This document shows positions 1 through 12,471 of a stretch of DNA of 64,000 nucleotides, in pieces (the first letter of the stretch is position 1; each line of letters opens with the position of its first letter). The DNA comes from Neophaeotheca triangularis. Lineage: Eukaryota. A program made the position numbers and the translations under genes. Location: contig BAAIJX010000039.1 of the NCBI GenBank assembly GCA_054600435.1, positions 1 through 64,000 on the forward strand, in the 5' to 3' direction. The notes below the pieces were generated by a model that had not been told where the DNA came from, did not search any database, and saw only the letters and a program-made list of their open reading frames with translations.

Positions 1-758
1 TTTTTTCCCTATCCCGTTTGCAGCGAGACCAAAATCGATACCCTCTGTACACGCAACTGTTGTGCGTTTTTTTTTTTTTTTTGGTCTTTCGGTAACCTCC
101 CTTTTATTTTTCCCCCTGGGAATTCCATCAACGACGCAAAATTCTAACGGCGTAGCTGGCGTTTCCAACGTTTTCAAAAGGCCATACATCTGTTTCATTG
201 GTAGGAGGGGGAGCAGGGGTGGTATATGTATGTACGTAACTCTCGGCTCGCTGCCGTACAGCAGCGGCGCAAATACCGCGCGCCTTTCATTCATACCCGC
301 TCTGTGTGCTGGGGTTGTTCAGCGAACTCCTGGGTTCTGGCTTGTGAGAGCCGAGGGGGCTTGGGGAGTAACCACGTGGGTAGGTTCGTGTGGTCGACAC
401 GGTGGGTATTAAGGCTTAGGTCAGTGATGGTTGTATTTGCCAGCCAAGCGCGTCAAAAGGTCTCGTGGCTTGGTGATGAAGGCTGAGTTGACCGTTTTGT
501 GTAGGGTACGGTCTTGGGGAGTTCAGCAGTCGGCCATGCTTCAAGATACTGTATGTCTTTTTCGTTCCGTTTATCTTCCATTGGTTGATTGAGGCACCGG
601 AGCGAAACGTGCTCACCCGCTCTGCCTGTGCCACAGTTTTGCTCGCTGTCCTTGAGACTCATCAAGCCTCCTCCATCGACCCAATCGTCCGCGCTCAAAC
701 CATCGCATCCCACACCCAGAGAAAACCCAGCGTCGAATCTACATGCCCATTGCTCATC

Positions 759-3105
759 TCAGAGCCCTGGCCCAACCCCACACCTCTTCAGAGTCTCCCG
801 CGCAGTCGTAACCTTCAGACCCAATCTCGCGTCCAGGTCGAACTTCTCCCACCCTTCAATCTTGGCCAACCACTGGCTGCAAGCCTCCAAGTCTGCCGGG
901 TCCCCGCCCTCGCCCCCGGCCCTTTGCCAGAAACAAACCGCCAGTTCGTAATTCGCAACGGCCAGCGCCCACGTCTCTGGGTACGGGCATTGCTTCAGCT
1001 GCCAGAGTTCATGGGTCAGCGCGCCAGTCTGCAGTTCCTGCATGGCGGGCTCCACTTCGCCGAGCTCGCGGAGGCAAGTGGCGCGTAGGACTGAGAGGGC
1101 CGTGTGCTCGTCGTTCGGTTCTGAAGGCCAGGTGGGCTGGGTGGTGCTCCAGTCCAGTCGGTCGAGCGAGGTGCGTAGTAGGTCCGGGGACATGCGTTTG
1201 TAGCCGTTCCAGAAGTAGGTCATTTCTTGCAAGGGGCTGAGGCCGATGGCGTCGACGAGGGGGACGTTGCGATCTTTGGCCCGTGCTTCCCATTTGGCGA
1301 GTTTGCGCGCTACAAACGTGTCGAAGGGTAATTGACGCGCCATGAATTTTTTTTTGCCAATGTGTTGCGGGCAGGTGCGAAGGAGAGATTCGGCTTCGGC
1401 GGCGTGTTTGGCGGCGGTGCTGGGGTCCGTGGGCTGCAAGGTACGGTAGAGTTCTAGGTGGCAGGAGCCGGCGATGTAGTAGTAAAGGGCGTGGGACCAG
1501 CTGTTGAGATTGACGCATTCGATGAAGGAGTCCGCGCAGGTTTGGTAGTGATGCAGGTACATGTGGTTGAGGCTGCGTTCGAAGTGGCGTAAGGCCTCGA
1601 CTTGCTTGAGCGAGGATTTGCCACCGCGCGATGCGAGCTCGACGGCTTCCGGGAGTTTGCGCTCGGCTGAAAGCATGCGCGCTTCTTCGAGTTGCCAGAG
1701 CATGGATTTGGGGTAGAGCTCGCGCATTTCGTGGAGGAGACCGCGTAGACGGTCTTGGGGCAGGGCATCTTCAGTGATGATGTCGCAGAATGCAATGGCG
1801 CCGTTGTGGAATCCCAGCGTGATGAGACCCGCCATGGCGCCGTTAATGTTCTCTTTGTGTTTCGTTGCTTGCCAGAGAAGGCGCAGGCCATTCTCACGGT
1901 CGCCACGGAAAGAGAAGAGGGACAAGAGTTTGCCGAATGCCGGTGGAATCATGGAGAGCATCAGCTGCAGTAGTCCGTACCAAAGGGAAGAGCCTGAATG
2001 AATGAAGAGATCGATTTGCGAGGAGGTAAACTCGCGGATGTCGGGTTCCTGCTCTGCTCGGTCTGCGGCACTCTTTGAGCCAAGTGTTGCACCTGGGGGC
2101 TGCAATGGTGCTTGAGGGCTGAAATTGGCATCTTTGCCTTCCTTTTCCGCAAGACTGAGCCGGGCAATGTCAGGGGTTTCGGTATGGCCTTGATACTGTT
2201 CTTTTGGCTGCTCTGATCTGGCCTCCTCGGCATCGACAAACTCCAAGTCGTCGTCTTCGTCTTCTTCGTAGGGTGGTGGGGGTTTCTCAGCTGGAACAGT
2301 GGTAGCTGCACCACTTGCGACGGCTTGTGCTCCTTTGGTAGCGCCAGAGGTCTGACTCCGCGTGTCCGTCGACTTGCGTGAGAGAGACTTCAAGCTCGTA
2401 GTACTCTTTCCCTTTTGCCGTTGTAAAAATCTCTTCTCTGCCTCACTGATCTCTTGTAGCGTGGCAAAAGCCTTTCTCAGCTTGTAAAACCCTCGGAGAC
2501 TTTCCGTTAAGCTCTCGTTCAGAACGCCTATCAAAGCTCCCATGATTTGGCTCTGGGCATTCAAGAGGGCATATTCAGAGCCGACAGGGTATATCTCGGA
2601 CTGATAGGCGGTTGAAGGGTCCCGGATGGCTCGCCTCTGGTGCTCCCAGGACGATTCCTCTGCTTCCGCCAGCCGCTCGCCGGCTTGCGCCATGACATCC
2701 TTTTCGAAACCGAGCGTGGCCCTGAGAAACAACGTGGTACCTCTACCTAGCTACTTTTGTAGTAGAGATTAGTGATGCGGTAAAATGAAAGTAGGTATTC
2801 GTTGCTAGCCATACTTTGTGGAATGGCGAATGGCCCTTGCTTAATTCTTCTTCGGCGGCGTCAACGTCTGTTAATTGTCAGGAGCCATCCTCGTTTTTGT
2901 TTATCTGCGAATGATCTACCATCGTTCATAATGTGTTGCGCCGCAGCCATTGCTTGTTGCACTGTCGTCTGTCAGCATGCTTCCTTAAGATGACACGTCG
3001 AACTAGAGAGTTCTAACAGGCATGAGGTTCGTCCAAAGCATTCAGTGACTTGCTGGCATTGGAATTGGACAGGACTGGTGCCTTTGCACCGAACCAGCGC
3101 TTCAT
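759..3105 (-). CDS. IML2: IML2/TTC39-family TPR-like protein (inclusion body clearance / mitochondrial outer membrane protein)
   Basis: The 657-aa ORF carries family-like segments (FLRATLGFEK, FIHSGSSLWYGLLQLMLSMIPPAF, FMARQLPFDTFVARK). Upstream exons run from ATG 3105 (MKRWFGAK...) through GT-AG introns 2962-3017, 2868-2919 and 2751-2814, keeping frame. Confidence 0.85.
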
Positions 3106-3615
3106 ATTGAATCAACTGATGGTCGAATTATGTCGGTCAGATAGACGGGGTGGCGAGAAGGTCTTTGGTTATGTGACCGAATAAATGGCTCTCGGTGGAA
3201 GGGAAGACAAGTGTGTTGTATAGAAAGTGGCCACGAATGCAGAGAGTACACGGTTTGATGTCAAATGAAAATTGAACAAGATCAATAGGGTGGATGTTCT
3301 CGTTGACCCAATCTGGAAGGTATGACTATGTGGCGGTGCTGCAAGACGGCTACACGTGACTAGCACTGACACCGATCAAGCGCGGCAGTATCCTGCATCA
3401 CGCTAGTAGCCGCTAGCCACGAAAGTCTTTGGAGCTTGCGGGCCGGGCGCAGTTGCGACTTGCCTGCACAGCCTGGAGCCCAATGTCACTTGCGACTTGA
3501 CCTCTCCTGCACCTTCACAACTTTGACGCGCGCGCGCATAATCGTCAGCTTCTTCCATCACCGCGCAACACACTCATTCTCTGTCACTTATCACCGCGAC
3601 AACACCGCCGCCGCC

Positions 3616-5903
3616 ATGGCTGACTGGCAGAAAGTCATCTCGGCGACCGGCAGGCCGTACTACTTCGACCGCAATAACACATCCAACGTCACCTGGGACA
3701 GGCCCGCCGACTACGTTGAGCCAGACCCTCAACAAGCACAACAAGCGGCAGAGCAGCAGGCGCAGAAGCCTCAGCACTCTCAAGAGGCTCTCGAGAACGC
3801 GTGGAAGGCGACGCAGAATGCTGAAGGAAAGACATACTACTGGAACCAGCTTTCCAAGCAGACCACCTGGAATCTGCCACCTCACCTTGCGCAAAAGGCC
3901 CAAGCCTACCTCCCACCAAATGCTGCTCCTGCCCAAGCCGCCGCTACCGGTTACAATCAAGGCGCGCCCGCACAGCAGCGCCAAGACGATGTTCGTGCTA
4001 CCAATGGCAATGCGATGGTCCCATGGGGCCAAAAGCAGGAAGGAGCCGATTACAACCGCCATGCTGCACCAGCCAAAATCTACGACGCCGAATTCGCTAC
4101 ATATGAAGAGGCTGAGACAGCTTTCTTCAAACTTCTCAAAGATAACGGAGTCACACCTGCCTTGTCCTTTGTGGATGTGATCAAAGCTATTGGGCATGAC
4201 CCTGTCTATCGTGGCATCAAAGACCCAGCGCAGCGCCAAGCCGCTCTTCAGAAGTACCAACGCGAGCTCAAGGAAAAGCAAGTCAACCAGGAGAGAGAGC
4301 GCAAGACTAAGCTCAAGGCGGACTTTCAAAGAATGCTTGCCAAACACACTGAAATCGTCCACTACACCCGCTGGAAGACTGCTACCAAAGTGCTCGAAAA
4401 CGAAGACGCGTTCCAGGCCATCAGCGATGACTCGGAGCGCCGTCAAATTTTCGAAGAGCACATTGTCGAGCTCATAATACGTCACCACGACGCGAAGAAT
4501 CAGAAGAAGGAAGCCGGCAAGCGCGCTATGGAAGACATGCTCAAGGACATGGTCATCGATCCTGAGACCACCTGGGCCGATGCTCAGCCAACCATAATGG
4601 AAGACGAGCGCTTCCTCAACAACCCACAAGTCAATGACCTCCACAAAATCGACGTCCTGTCAGCCTTTGAAACTCACATGACTGCGCTGGAACGTGAAGC
4701 AAATGCGAGGCGCCAGCAGGAGAAGAAGATTGAGGCGAGGCGCGCCCGCAAAGCACGCGACCAATTCATCGACTTGCTCGATAACATGCAAAAGAAAGGA
4801 GCGATCAAACCCTACATGCGCTTCGATGAATTTGTCAAGCTTGTGGCCGACGACGAAAGGTTCACAGCTCTCCTCGGAACATTCGGCTCTAGTCCTCTTG
4901 ATCTGTTCAGGGATTTCGTCGTCGAGGAGACCTCCAAGTTCAGGATTAAGAAGAACGAAGCCATGGACCTCTTGGAAGAGGAGGGGTTCGAGATGACGGT
5001 CTCCACCACAGTTGATGAGTTTGCCAACGTTATCCGCCATGGCCGCCGTCGCCCCCAGCACTTCACGTTCAACGAGGTTCCTTCTCTCTTCGAGGGAGTC
5101 ATGGCCAAGGTCAAAGAGCGCGCCAACAAAGAGCGTCTCGAGAGCGAGAAGGCACAGCGTCATGCATACGACGACTTCAAGCGCGACCTCGCCCGCATGC
5201 GTTCAATCCATCCCGGTGACAAATACGAGGACGTCCTTCCAACGCTCACCCAGCTCGAGTCGTTCCAGCATCTCGACGAAGAGACTGCCAAGAAGGCGTT
5301 TACGAAATTCATGAGGAGCCTCGAGGAGGACGACCACGATCGATCTGAGCGCCGTCGTGAGCGCCGCCGTGGTGAGGGTCATCACGACTCTCGCCGCTCC
5401 CACCGCCGCACCACGCATACGCCAGAGACAGACGCATACGAGGCCGAGCGTCGCAAGGCGCAAGAAGCCAGAGAGCGCCAGTACCGAAACACCTCAGCCG
5501 GTGTTCCATCGCCAGGCCGGCGTGATCGCAGGATTAGCGGCGGTCGCTTGGAGCGCAGCAGTATGCCGCGTGAATACTCCGGTATGGAGCGTGGTGGCGG
5601 CGGGCGCTACAGCAGCCGTGCCGACCCCCGCGAGAAGATGAGCAAGGCTCTGGACTACGGCGACGAAGACGCCGTTGGCAGCGGACCGAGCTCCGCCCGG
5701 AAGCGTCAGGGCTCCCAGGGAAGCGGGCGCGCTAACAAGGTGGGTCTAAATGACTTTGACCAGGAATTGAATCACTGGCAAATGCTTACATTGTTGCACA
5801 GCGTCAACGAACTGCTTCCGCCAACGGAGCACCTCAAAAGGAGAAGGAGCTTTCCGTAGAGTACCATTCCGGAAGCGAAGAGGGTGAACTTGCCGTGGAC
5901 TAG
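3616..5903 (+). CDS. PRP40: U1 snRNP-associated splicing factor Prp40/FNBP3 (2 WW + FF domains)
   Basis: Two WW domains (W..GRPYYFD..VTWDRP; W..GKTYYWN..TTWNLP), FF repeats and an RE/RS-rich tail. ATG 3616 in GCCGCCATGG. Intron 5740-5801 gives the end ...SGSEEGELAVD* at 5903. Confidence 0.88.
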
Positions 5904-6726
5904 TTGTCTCGGTATGGTATTGCCGACTTTCTGCACATGCTTGACCTGTTACTGACTGAGTCCTCGGACTACGATGGCGCAGCACCCGGTCAAAATCCGC
6001 TCGAGTACTACGACGGGTAATCATTTTCTTTTGTCAAGCGGCCACGAGAATGAAAGCTGCTATGCGTGCGCAACCAACGAGGCTGGTGAGTACCAACGCT
6101 GCGAAGCAGCACGCAGCTGGGCAGTTAGAATAACAACGGACGTCTAGCAATCAAAAATGGGAGTTTATTGCGGGATTTTTAATGCGGACAAAATGCGCGA
6201 CCAACAATGGGCAAGAATGTGGTGGGTTTTTCTGCGCGCTGAGCGCAAGGGGCTCAGGTAATGTAGCACTCTCCGATTGTATTGCTTTAATCAAACTCTC
6301 TCCTCCAACCCCCCATCTGAACGTCATTCAACTTGGCGCTTCAGCCCCTATTCGCTTTCTCTGTCTTGTTGCTTGCTTTGTTCTTGTTGTCATGATCAAG
6401 GGAGGCTGTGACGACCGTGACGGGTTTCTTGGTATGGTTGTGAGGATGATGCGTTGAAGGTAAGTTGATCTTTCGCCTCTGCAGTAGCCCCGTGGTCTAC
6501 GAATACAGATGGAGTCCAGTCCAGACCACTCATCCAGAGCGACAGAAGCGTTGAAGCCAGGGAACGCAGAACAATCTTTCAGTCTTCTATTGGCGCCAAT
6601 GACTGGGGATATAAGGAAGCAAAGGGAGAGCTGTCACAGGATGCACAATCTACTGAGACAGTCGAAAACCACTTGAAAACAACGTTGCAGAGCTATCAAG
6701 CAACAGCAGACTCCATTGCATTACTT

Positions 6727-7318
6727 TTAGTCCTCTTCATCCAGTCGCTCAGCATCCGGCCCTGCAAACTTGATCTTGTACTGCTTCACCCCGTCCATCT
6801 TCCCCTGCCAAGGATGTCTATGCAGCGCAAAAGACTCGGCCTCCGGCTGTGGAATCCGCGGCATCATTCCCATCTTGACGACCACTTTACCAGGATAGCT
6901 GGGTGTTTCTGACTTGATGGGGCTACTCGTTGTCAATCACCTGCAGAAAAAGACCCCAAAATACTCGCTCCCCTAATTGAGAGAGCTTGGAGTAGCTAGC
7001 CACTTACTTTCCATCCCTGCCACAGAAAAACCTACTCACCACCTTTCCGCTCCCCGTCGCAGAGTCCTCGTAGCATCTTAGCGTGCCGTCCCGATCGGTT
7101 ATTGAGACTTTTTCGTTTTCGATTAGCAGGTTCGCGGAGCTAAAGGAGCCCGCAACGGCGCGGCAGTTCGCGCAGTTGCAGATGTGCCCGCGTGGGCGGT
7201 CGAAGAGGTGCGCGTCGTGGAGGGTTACAGTTATGCTGCCGCAGAGGCAATGGCCTGTCATGGCTTCGGCGAAGTCGGAAGGGGCATGAGCTTTGGGGTC
7301 GCCTGTTAGGGAGGCCAT
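6727..7318 (-). CDS. GFA/CENP-V (Mss4-like) Zn-binding protein
   Basis: GHCLCGSI, CNCANCR and RFFCGRDG motifs. Intron 6923-7007 joins to NPIKSETP... Confidence 0.8.
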
Positions 7319-8094
7319 GGTTGAGTTTCTTGGGGTTTTGAAGTGGAGTGGAGTCGTGAGGGATTTGTTCACTTGGTTTGGAACCGGGATTGTGGTTGTA
7401 AGTCTATCAATGCCTGACTTCGGGATGTGATCCGGCGAATGTCATGATGCTGGGTAACAGTGTCGAAGGAGATTCCCGTCCGAACGCATACCGTCATTGG
7501 TCTTGGAGAGGTGCAGGTAGTGAAGTCCCCGCTCCCGAGGTCGCGAAGTCTATCCCGTGAGCCCTCAAAGCTTCTGCTTGTTGATCACGCAAGTCTGATC
7601 GCACCAGCATTTTGTAGACATCGCGGAATTGATCGATTCGGAAAGATGAAGCTCTTGAGGATATGCATATGCCCCGGCTGATAATGATATGGTCCCCAAT
7701 GATCCCTAAATTCGTCTGTTTTTATGAGCTGTGAATGGCGATGCTGCTGCAGTGACCATCGTTGGGTTGAACTCTACTATTCCGTGCTAGGGACAGGTGT
7801 CTTGGGAAGAGATCCAACATCAGCTAGCTCGTTACTCTCTGGAAGGCCTTTTCCCAATTGTATCGCTCGGTCTCGTCGATTGACGACTTGTACCGAGGAG
7901 TACGTAGCGATGAACGATCCCTGGTACCTAGTGAGTGCGGCGCGGCTCAGCAGTATTTCGCAATATATGCCATCGTCTTGTTGTAACTACAGTTTGTGCA
8001 GTTATAACAAAAGATGGAAAGATGACCAGGTGATGTCGAAAGTAACGTTATTTGGGACGAGCCATTAGGGGAGCCTGCATAAAACAGATTGGAT

Positions 8095-8142
8095 AGTCGC
8101 GCTTTCGCATGTCACGTGCACCGCGCTTTCTTCGCGTCGCCG
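8095..8142 (+). promoter_or_regulatory. CGCG (MCB-like) cluster plus a CACGTG E-box upstream of MPH1
   Basis: gtcgcgc, tcacgtg, ccgcgc and ttcgcgtc lie within about 120 nt of the ATG at 8216. Confidence 0.4.
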
Positions 8143-8215
8143 CCGGATTGGTGGCAACCTTGTGTGGACGACATTCGCAGTCTGTGACCTTACAACGCCC
8201 TCACATGGCGATGCA

Positions 8216-11200
8216 ATGCCTCACAGCGACGACTATGATATGGAGGGTGATGACACCGAGATGATAGCAGTGGCGACCCAAGCGGAGACTTCGCAAGATG
8301 GCCCGGATATGGACGAATCCCCCCGGCCAGCCAAAAGGCGACGCGTCGGACGCGCCCAGCTCGATGGGGCCAGCTCAGATGAAATCGAGTGGTCTGGCAG
8401 CGATGTCGAAAAGCCCACCAAGCCAATCACTCGAAAGCCAGATTTTTTACGGGAGGATGAGGATACCTGGAACATTCCTGGCGAACTAGGCCCCGGCGAA
8501 AGCGCCGCGAAGACCTCGAAGCACAAGATCCATGTCCCTAAAGATGCTGAGGCACTTCAAGACAGGTATTTCACCCAGACGCAAGCTGGTCTTGACTCCA
8601 GTCCAACTACATTCCGAGGAGCCATATGGAAAAAGCCATCCAAAGCTCCTCCACCACCTTTGTTCGAGAAATCAACCAATGTGCCTGCGCCGGTCTCTGG
8701 AAATGCTAGTCGTCCACCCAGCAAGCCGCCGGCGTTCAAACCACCGCGAGCTGCGCAAGGTCTGTCCGCGGCCAACGACGCAGGGAGAAGAATGTTGGCT
8801 CGCCCTGCAAATCCCGTGATCGAGAATGATGCAGCCATGGCAGCTCGTTTGCAAGCAGAAGAGGATTCTCTCGGCCGTGGGCCTTCTCAAACCACGACTA
8901 TGCCAGTGAATCCGGCTAAGCCATCAGCTTCATTTGATTACTCCGAAGAGCTGGCCGATCTACCTTCTGACGCTTTCTCGTCCTCTGCAGGATCGCCGGA
9001 GAAGGAGGTCATCACTGTATCGTCGGGCCAACCGAGAGCATCCCAGCTACAGCCCGGCGGGCTGCGTGCGCCTCAGGGAGGACTGAAGCAAATGACTATC
9101 TTCGGTCAGCCAGCAACCCAAAACATGACGGCTTCGCAGGCCGCGACGAAAAAGCATGCATGGCCCATGAAGGCTCGCGAGGAGCCCCCAACCCACCACG
9201 AGCTGGACGACAAGGCTATGGAGACATGGGTGTATCCAACAAACCTAGGCACCGTCCGTGACTACCAGTACAATATCGTATCACGCTCGCTATTCAGCAA
9301 CACTCTTGTTGCACTTCCGACTGGCCTAGGCAAGACTTTCATAGCTGCAGCACTCATGCTGAACTATTATCGATGGACCAAGAACGCGCAAATCGTCTTT
9401 ATGGCACCCACTAAACCACTGATCGCCCAGCAAATGGAGGCTTGTTACCACCTGGTCGGAATCCCTAGGCAAGACACAGTACTGATGACCGGCGAGACTT
9501 CTCCTGCGGTGCGAGCCGAAGAATGGATAGAGAGGCGCGTGTTCTTCATGACGCCTCAAACGGTGATAAATGACCTGAAGCACGGCACCTGCGATCCAAA
9601 GCGAATCGTGCTTCTGGTAGTTGACGAGGCTCACAAGGCCACCGGTTCCTACGCTTATACAGAGGTCGTTTCTTTCCTGCGCCGTTTCAACAGCAGTTTC
9701 CGCGTCCAGGCACTCACTGCGACCCCTGGATCGAAGGTTGCCCAGGTGCAGGATGTCATCAACAATCTTGGCATAGCAAGAATTGAAGTCCGCACCGAAC
9801 AATCGCTCGACATCCGACAGTTCACGCACGAGAAGCACACCGAGATTGAGATGTTTGACTACAGCGATGAACAAGCCTTGATCATGGAGCTCTGCTCAAA
9901 AGCGCTCCGTCCTACGTTGGAGAAGCTGAATACGCAGAATGCGTACTGGTCAAAAGACCCCATGAACCTTACCGCATATGGTATCACCCAGGCTCAACGC
10001 CAATGGAACGCCTCTGATGCCGGGAAGAAGGCACCGATGGGACTCAAGGGTATGGTCAATGGGATTTTCGCAGTGCTTGCGAGCATAGCGCACAATATCG
10101 GCCTGCTCAAGAATCACGGGATTGGACCTTTCTATTCTGGAATGCTCACGTTTCGGCGCGACATTGAGTCCGGCGCAAAGAAGGGCAAGTACGCTACGCA
10201 AATTGCACAATCTGAGGACTTTACTAAGATGATGGACCGAATCCGAGGCTGGACTAATAACCCGGATTTCATGGGGCACCCAAAACTTTCATACCTACGA
10301 GAGGTCGTTCTCAATCACTTCCTCGATGCTGGTGATGGTAATCACGGTGCTGACAGGCCACCCTCCTCTACTAGAATCATGATTTTCACGTCTTTTCGCG
10401 ATAGCGCGGAAGAAGTGTGCAGAGTCATGAAGCGGAACGAGCCTATGATCAGGCCGCACGTCTTTGTCGGCCAGGCTGCAAGCAAAGGGAGCGAAGGCAT
10501 GAATCAAAAGAAGCAGAACGAAGTCATCAAGGACTTCAAAGCTGGCAAATACAACACCCTTGTTGCCACTTCAATTGGCGAGGAAGGTCTGGACATCGGC
10601 GATGTCGATCTGATCATATGCTACGACTCATCCGCTTCTCCTATTCGCATGCTTCAGCGCATTGGCCGCACTGGCAGAAAGCGGGTCGGTCGTGTTCAGC
10701 TCTTGCTCATGAACGGGAAAGAGTCGAACGATTGGGAAAAGGCAAAAGACAACTATCAGTCCATTCAGAAATCGATTGCAGACCCCTTGAACTACGAGTA
10801 CCGCGTGGACCAAAGCCCTCGCATCCTGCCAAAAGACGTGTCTCCCGCTGTTGACAAGCGGGTTGTTGACATACCTGTGGAAAATACCCAGCCAATAGAT
10901 CTTGCGGAAAAGAGTCGCAAAGCTCGAGCCAAGGGCAAAAAGAGGCCGCCGAAGAAGTTCAACATGCCGGACAATGTACGGACGGGATTTACCAAGGCCA
11001 GCAGAATCGACGGCTCAGAAGACGATTCTGAGGTAGAGGCAGCGCCAAGACCGCGAGCGAAGAATGCGATCAAACGAACTGCCAGCAAGAAGCAAGCAGA
11101 ATCACCTGAACCAGAAGCCGTTCAGCTTCCTTTTCTCGAAGACGTTTTGCTCGACAATTTCAACCAGAAGGAGCTAGAGAGGCGGTACGCGCAGGTGGCT

Positions 11201-12022
11201 GAGAGTGATGGTAACCTTGTCATTCGCGCCCCTGATGTGAGCCGTTTTCCGAGCGCCCTCAGGACCTTGGGACTTACAACATACGTCCGACATGGCAGAG
11301 GTGCAACCGCGACTTCGAAAGCTATGCAGGCTCTCCATGACATTGATGAGGGCAAGCTCAAAGCGATGCAAGAAGCCCTTCATCTCAGCGATTTAAACGA
11401 CGTAGGAGACGCCAGGCACCGTCTAGTTAGCCCGGAAGCGGAAGCGGAGCCCGAGGAAGCCGGACTGCCAACTCGCCCTCCGCCCAAAGCTGCGAGAAGC
11501 AAAACGAAAAAGGCCGCACCTCGCAAAAAGCAGCCTCTTGCACGCGCTGTCTCCTACGGCTCTGCAGCCGGCGAAGGCGCAGAGTCCAGCCCTGAGCCTA
11601 CGCCGGCGAACATGCGGATAGGGACTCAAGGTATCGATCTTGGGTCGGACGATACTGACGGCGAAGATGCTGCAGAAGAACAGCAATACGACAGCGAGCT
11701 TGACGATTTCGTCGTTAGGTCGGATCAGACTATTGAGGTTGTTAGCTCGTCGTTACCGGGTAGTCAGGAGGCTGTGGCTCAGAGGCCGAAAGGCAAGAAG
11801 GCGGCAGGGCGTTTGAAGAGGAAAGCTGGGTCTGAAAGGCTGACTACTGTCCTGGAATTGGAGGATGAAGAAGCTGGAGAAGTCATGGAACTGGAAGATA
11901 GCGATGGAGAGGAAAACGAGGGGGTCGGTGTAGCTGATGGCGAGGTTGAGAAGGGTCCCCCGGTCAAACCTACGCATGTGAGGAAGCGACGGGTGGTGGA
12001 GGAGAGCGAGGAGGATGACTGA
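8216..12022 (+). CDS. MPH1: FANCM/Mph1 DEAH-box DNA helicase
   Basis: RDYQYNI, LPTGLGKT (motif I), VVDEAH (II), TAT (III), ATSIGEEGLDIG (V), QRIGRTGR (VI). Intronless. Confidence 0.95.
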   Translation: MPHSDDYDMEGDDTEMIAVATQAETSQDGPDMDESPRPAKRRRVGRAQLDGASSDEIEWSGSDVEKPTKPITRKPDFLREDEDTWNIPGELGPGESAAKTSKHKIHVPKDAEALQDRYFTQTQAGLDSSPTTFRGAIWKKPSKAPPPPLFEKSTNVPAPVSGNASRPPSKPPAFKPPRAAQGLSAANDAGRRMLARPANPVIENDAAMAARLQAEEDSLGRGPSQTTTMPVNPAKPSASFDYSEELADLPSDAFSSSAGSPEKEVITVSSGQPRASQLQPGGLRAPQGGLKQMTIFGQPATQNMTASQAATKKHAWPMKAREEPPTHHELDDKAMETWVYPTNLGTVRDYQYNIVSRSLFSNTLVALPTGLGKTFIAAALMLNYYRWTKNAQIVFMAPTKPLIAQQMEACYHLVGIPRQDTVLMTGETSPAVRAEEWIERRVFFMTPQTVINDLKHGTCDPKRIVLLVVDEAHKATGSYAYTEVVSFLRRFNSSFRVQALTATPGSKVAQVQDVINNLGIARIEVRTEQSLDIRQFTHEKHTEIEMFDYSDEQALIMELCSKALRPTLEKLNTQNAYWSKDPMNLTAYGITQAQRQWNASDAGKKAPMGLKGMVNGIFAVLASIAHNIGLLKNHGIGPFYSGMLTFRRDIESGAKKGKYATQIAQSEDFTKMMDRIRGWTNNPDFMGHPKLSYLREVVLNHFLDAGDGNHGADRPPSSTRIMIFTSFRDSAEEVCRVMKRNEPMIRPHVFVGQAASKGSEGMNQKKQNEVIKDFKAGKYNTLVATSIGEEGLDIGDVDLIICYDSSASPIRMLQRIGRTGRKRVGRVQLLLMNGKESNDWEKAKDNYQSIQKSIADPLNYEYRVDQSPRILPKDVSPAVDKRVVDIPVENTQPIDLAEKSRKARAKGKKRPPKKFNMPDNVRTGFTKASRIDGSEDDSEVEAAPRPRAKNAIKRTASKKQAESPEPEAVQLPFLEDVLLDNFNQKELERRYAQVAESDGNLVIRAPDVSRFPSALRTLGLTTYVRHGRGATATSKAMQALHDIDEGKLKAMQEALHLSDLNDVGDARHRLVSPEAEAEPEEAGLPTRPPPKAARSKTKKAAPRKKQPLARAVSYGSAAGEGAESSPEPTPANMRIGTQGIDLGSDDTDGEDAAEEQQYDSELDDFVVRSDQTIEVVSSSLPGSQEAVAQRPKGKKAAGRLKRKAGSERLTTVLELEDEEAGEVMELEDSDGEENEGVGVADGEVEKGPPVKPTHVRKRRVVEESEEDD

Positions 12023-12471
12023 GTCTTCGATAAGACTAGATGTGCATTGAGAGGGTAAGCGCGCCTTGAGAGTGCAGGTGCCGTGCTCGACATGTGCATA
12101 TCATCAGTCAGCGCCAAGCCCGGCTTACTGTACCTGGCTAGATGCTGCGCTTTCGCTTCGAGACAGGCATCTCTCCCCTGCAGTCTTCCCGGTCAGCAGT
12201 AGCATGGGCAGTAAGATTATAGTCAGCTCGCTACATTATTCTGCAACCCGTTCAATACCATGATTCCAGCCACTTCTTAGCTTAGGACGGTAGGTACATA
12301 TACAGCGCCCGTTTCGACAAAAGCACAGCAAAACCCATCCTTCTTCCCTAGCCATAGCGTCCGAAGCACCACTCCTCTTGCTCCCCCATTTCCCGGCGAC
12401 ATTCCACCTCCTCGCCTCCCATAACCAAGCCCCTCAGCAAGAGCCACCCAACCAACACCCCACCCTCCACA

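Noticed and set aside
3574..4644. 356-aa minus-strand ORF, and similar antisense ORFs over tubulin, MED19 and the gene at 63343-63990
   Set aside because: They fully overlap well-supported genes on the other strand, as expected in GC-rich coding DNA.
6180..6620. Small ORFs between PRP40 and the GFA gene
   Set aside because: They are short, lack recognisable motifs and a coherent exon structure, and are probably UTR or intergenic.
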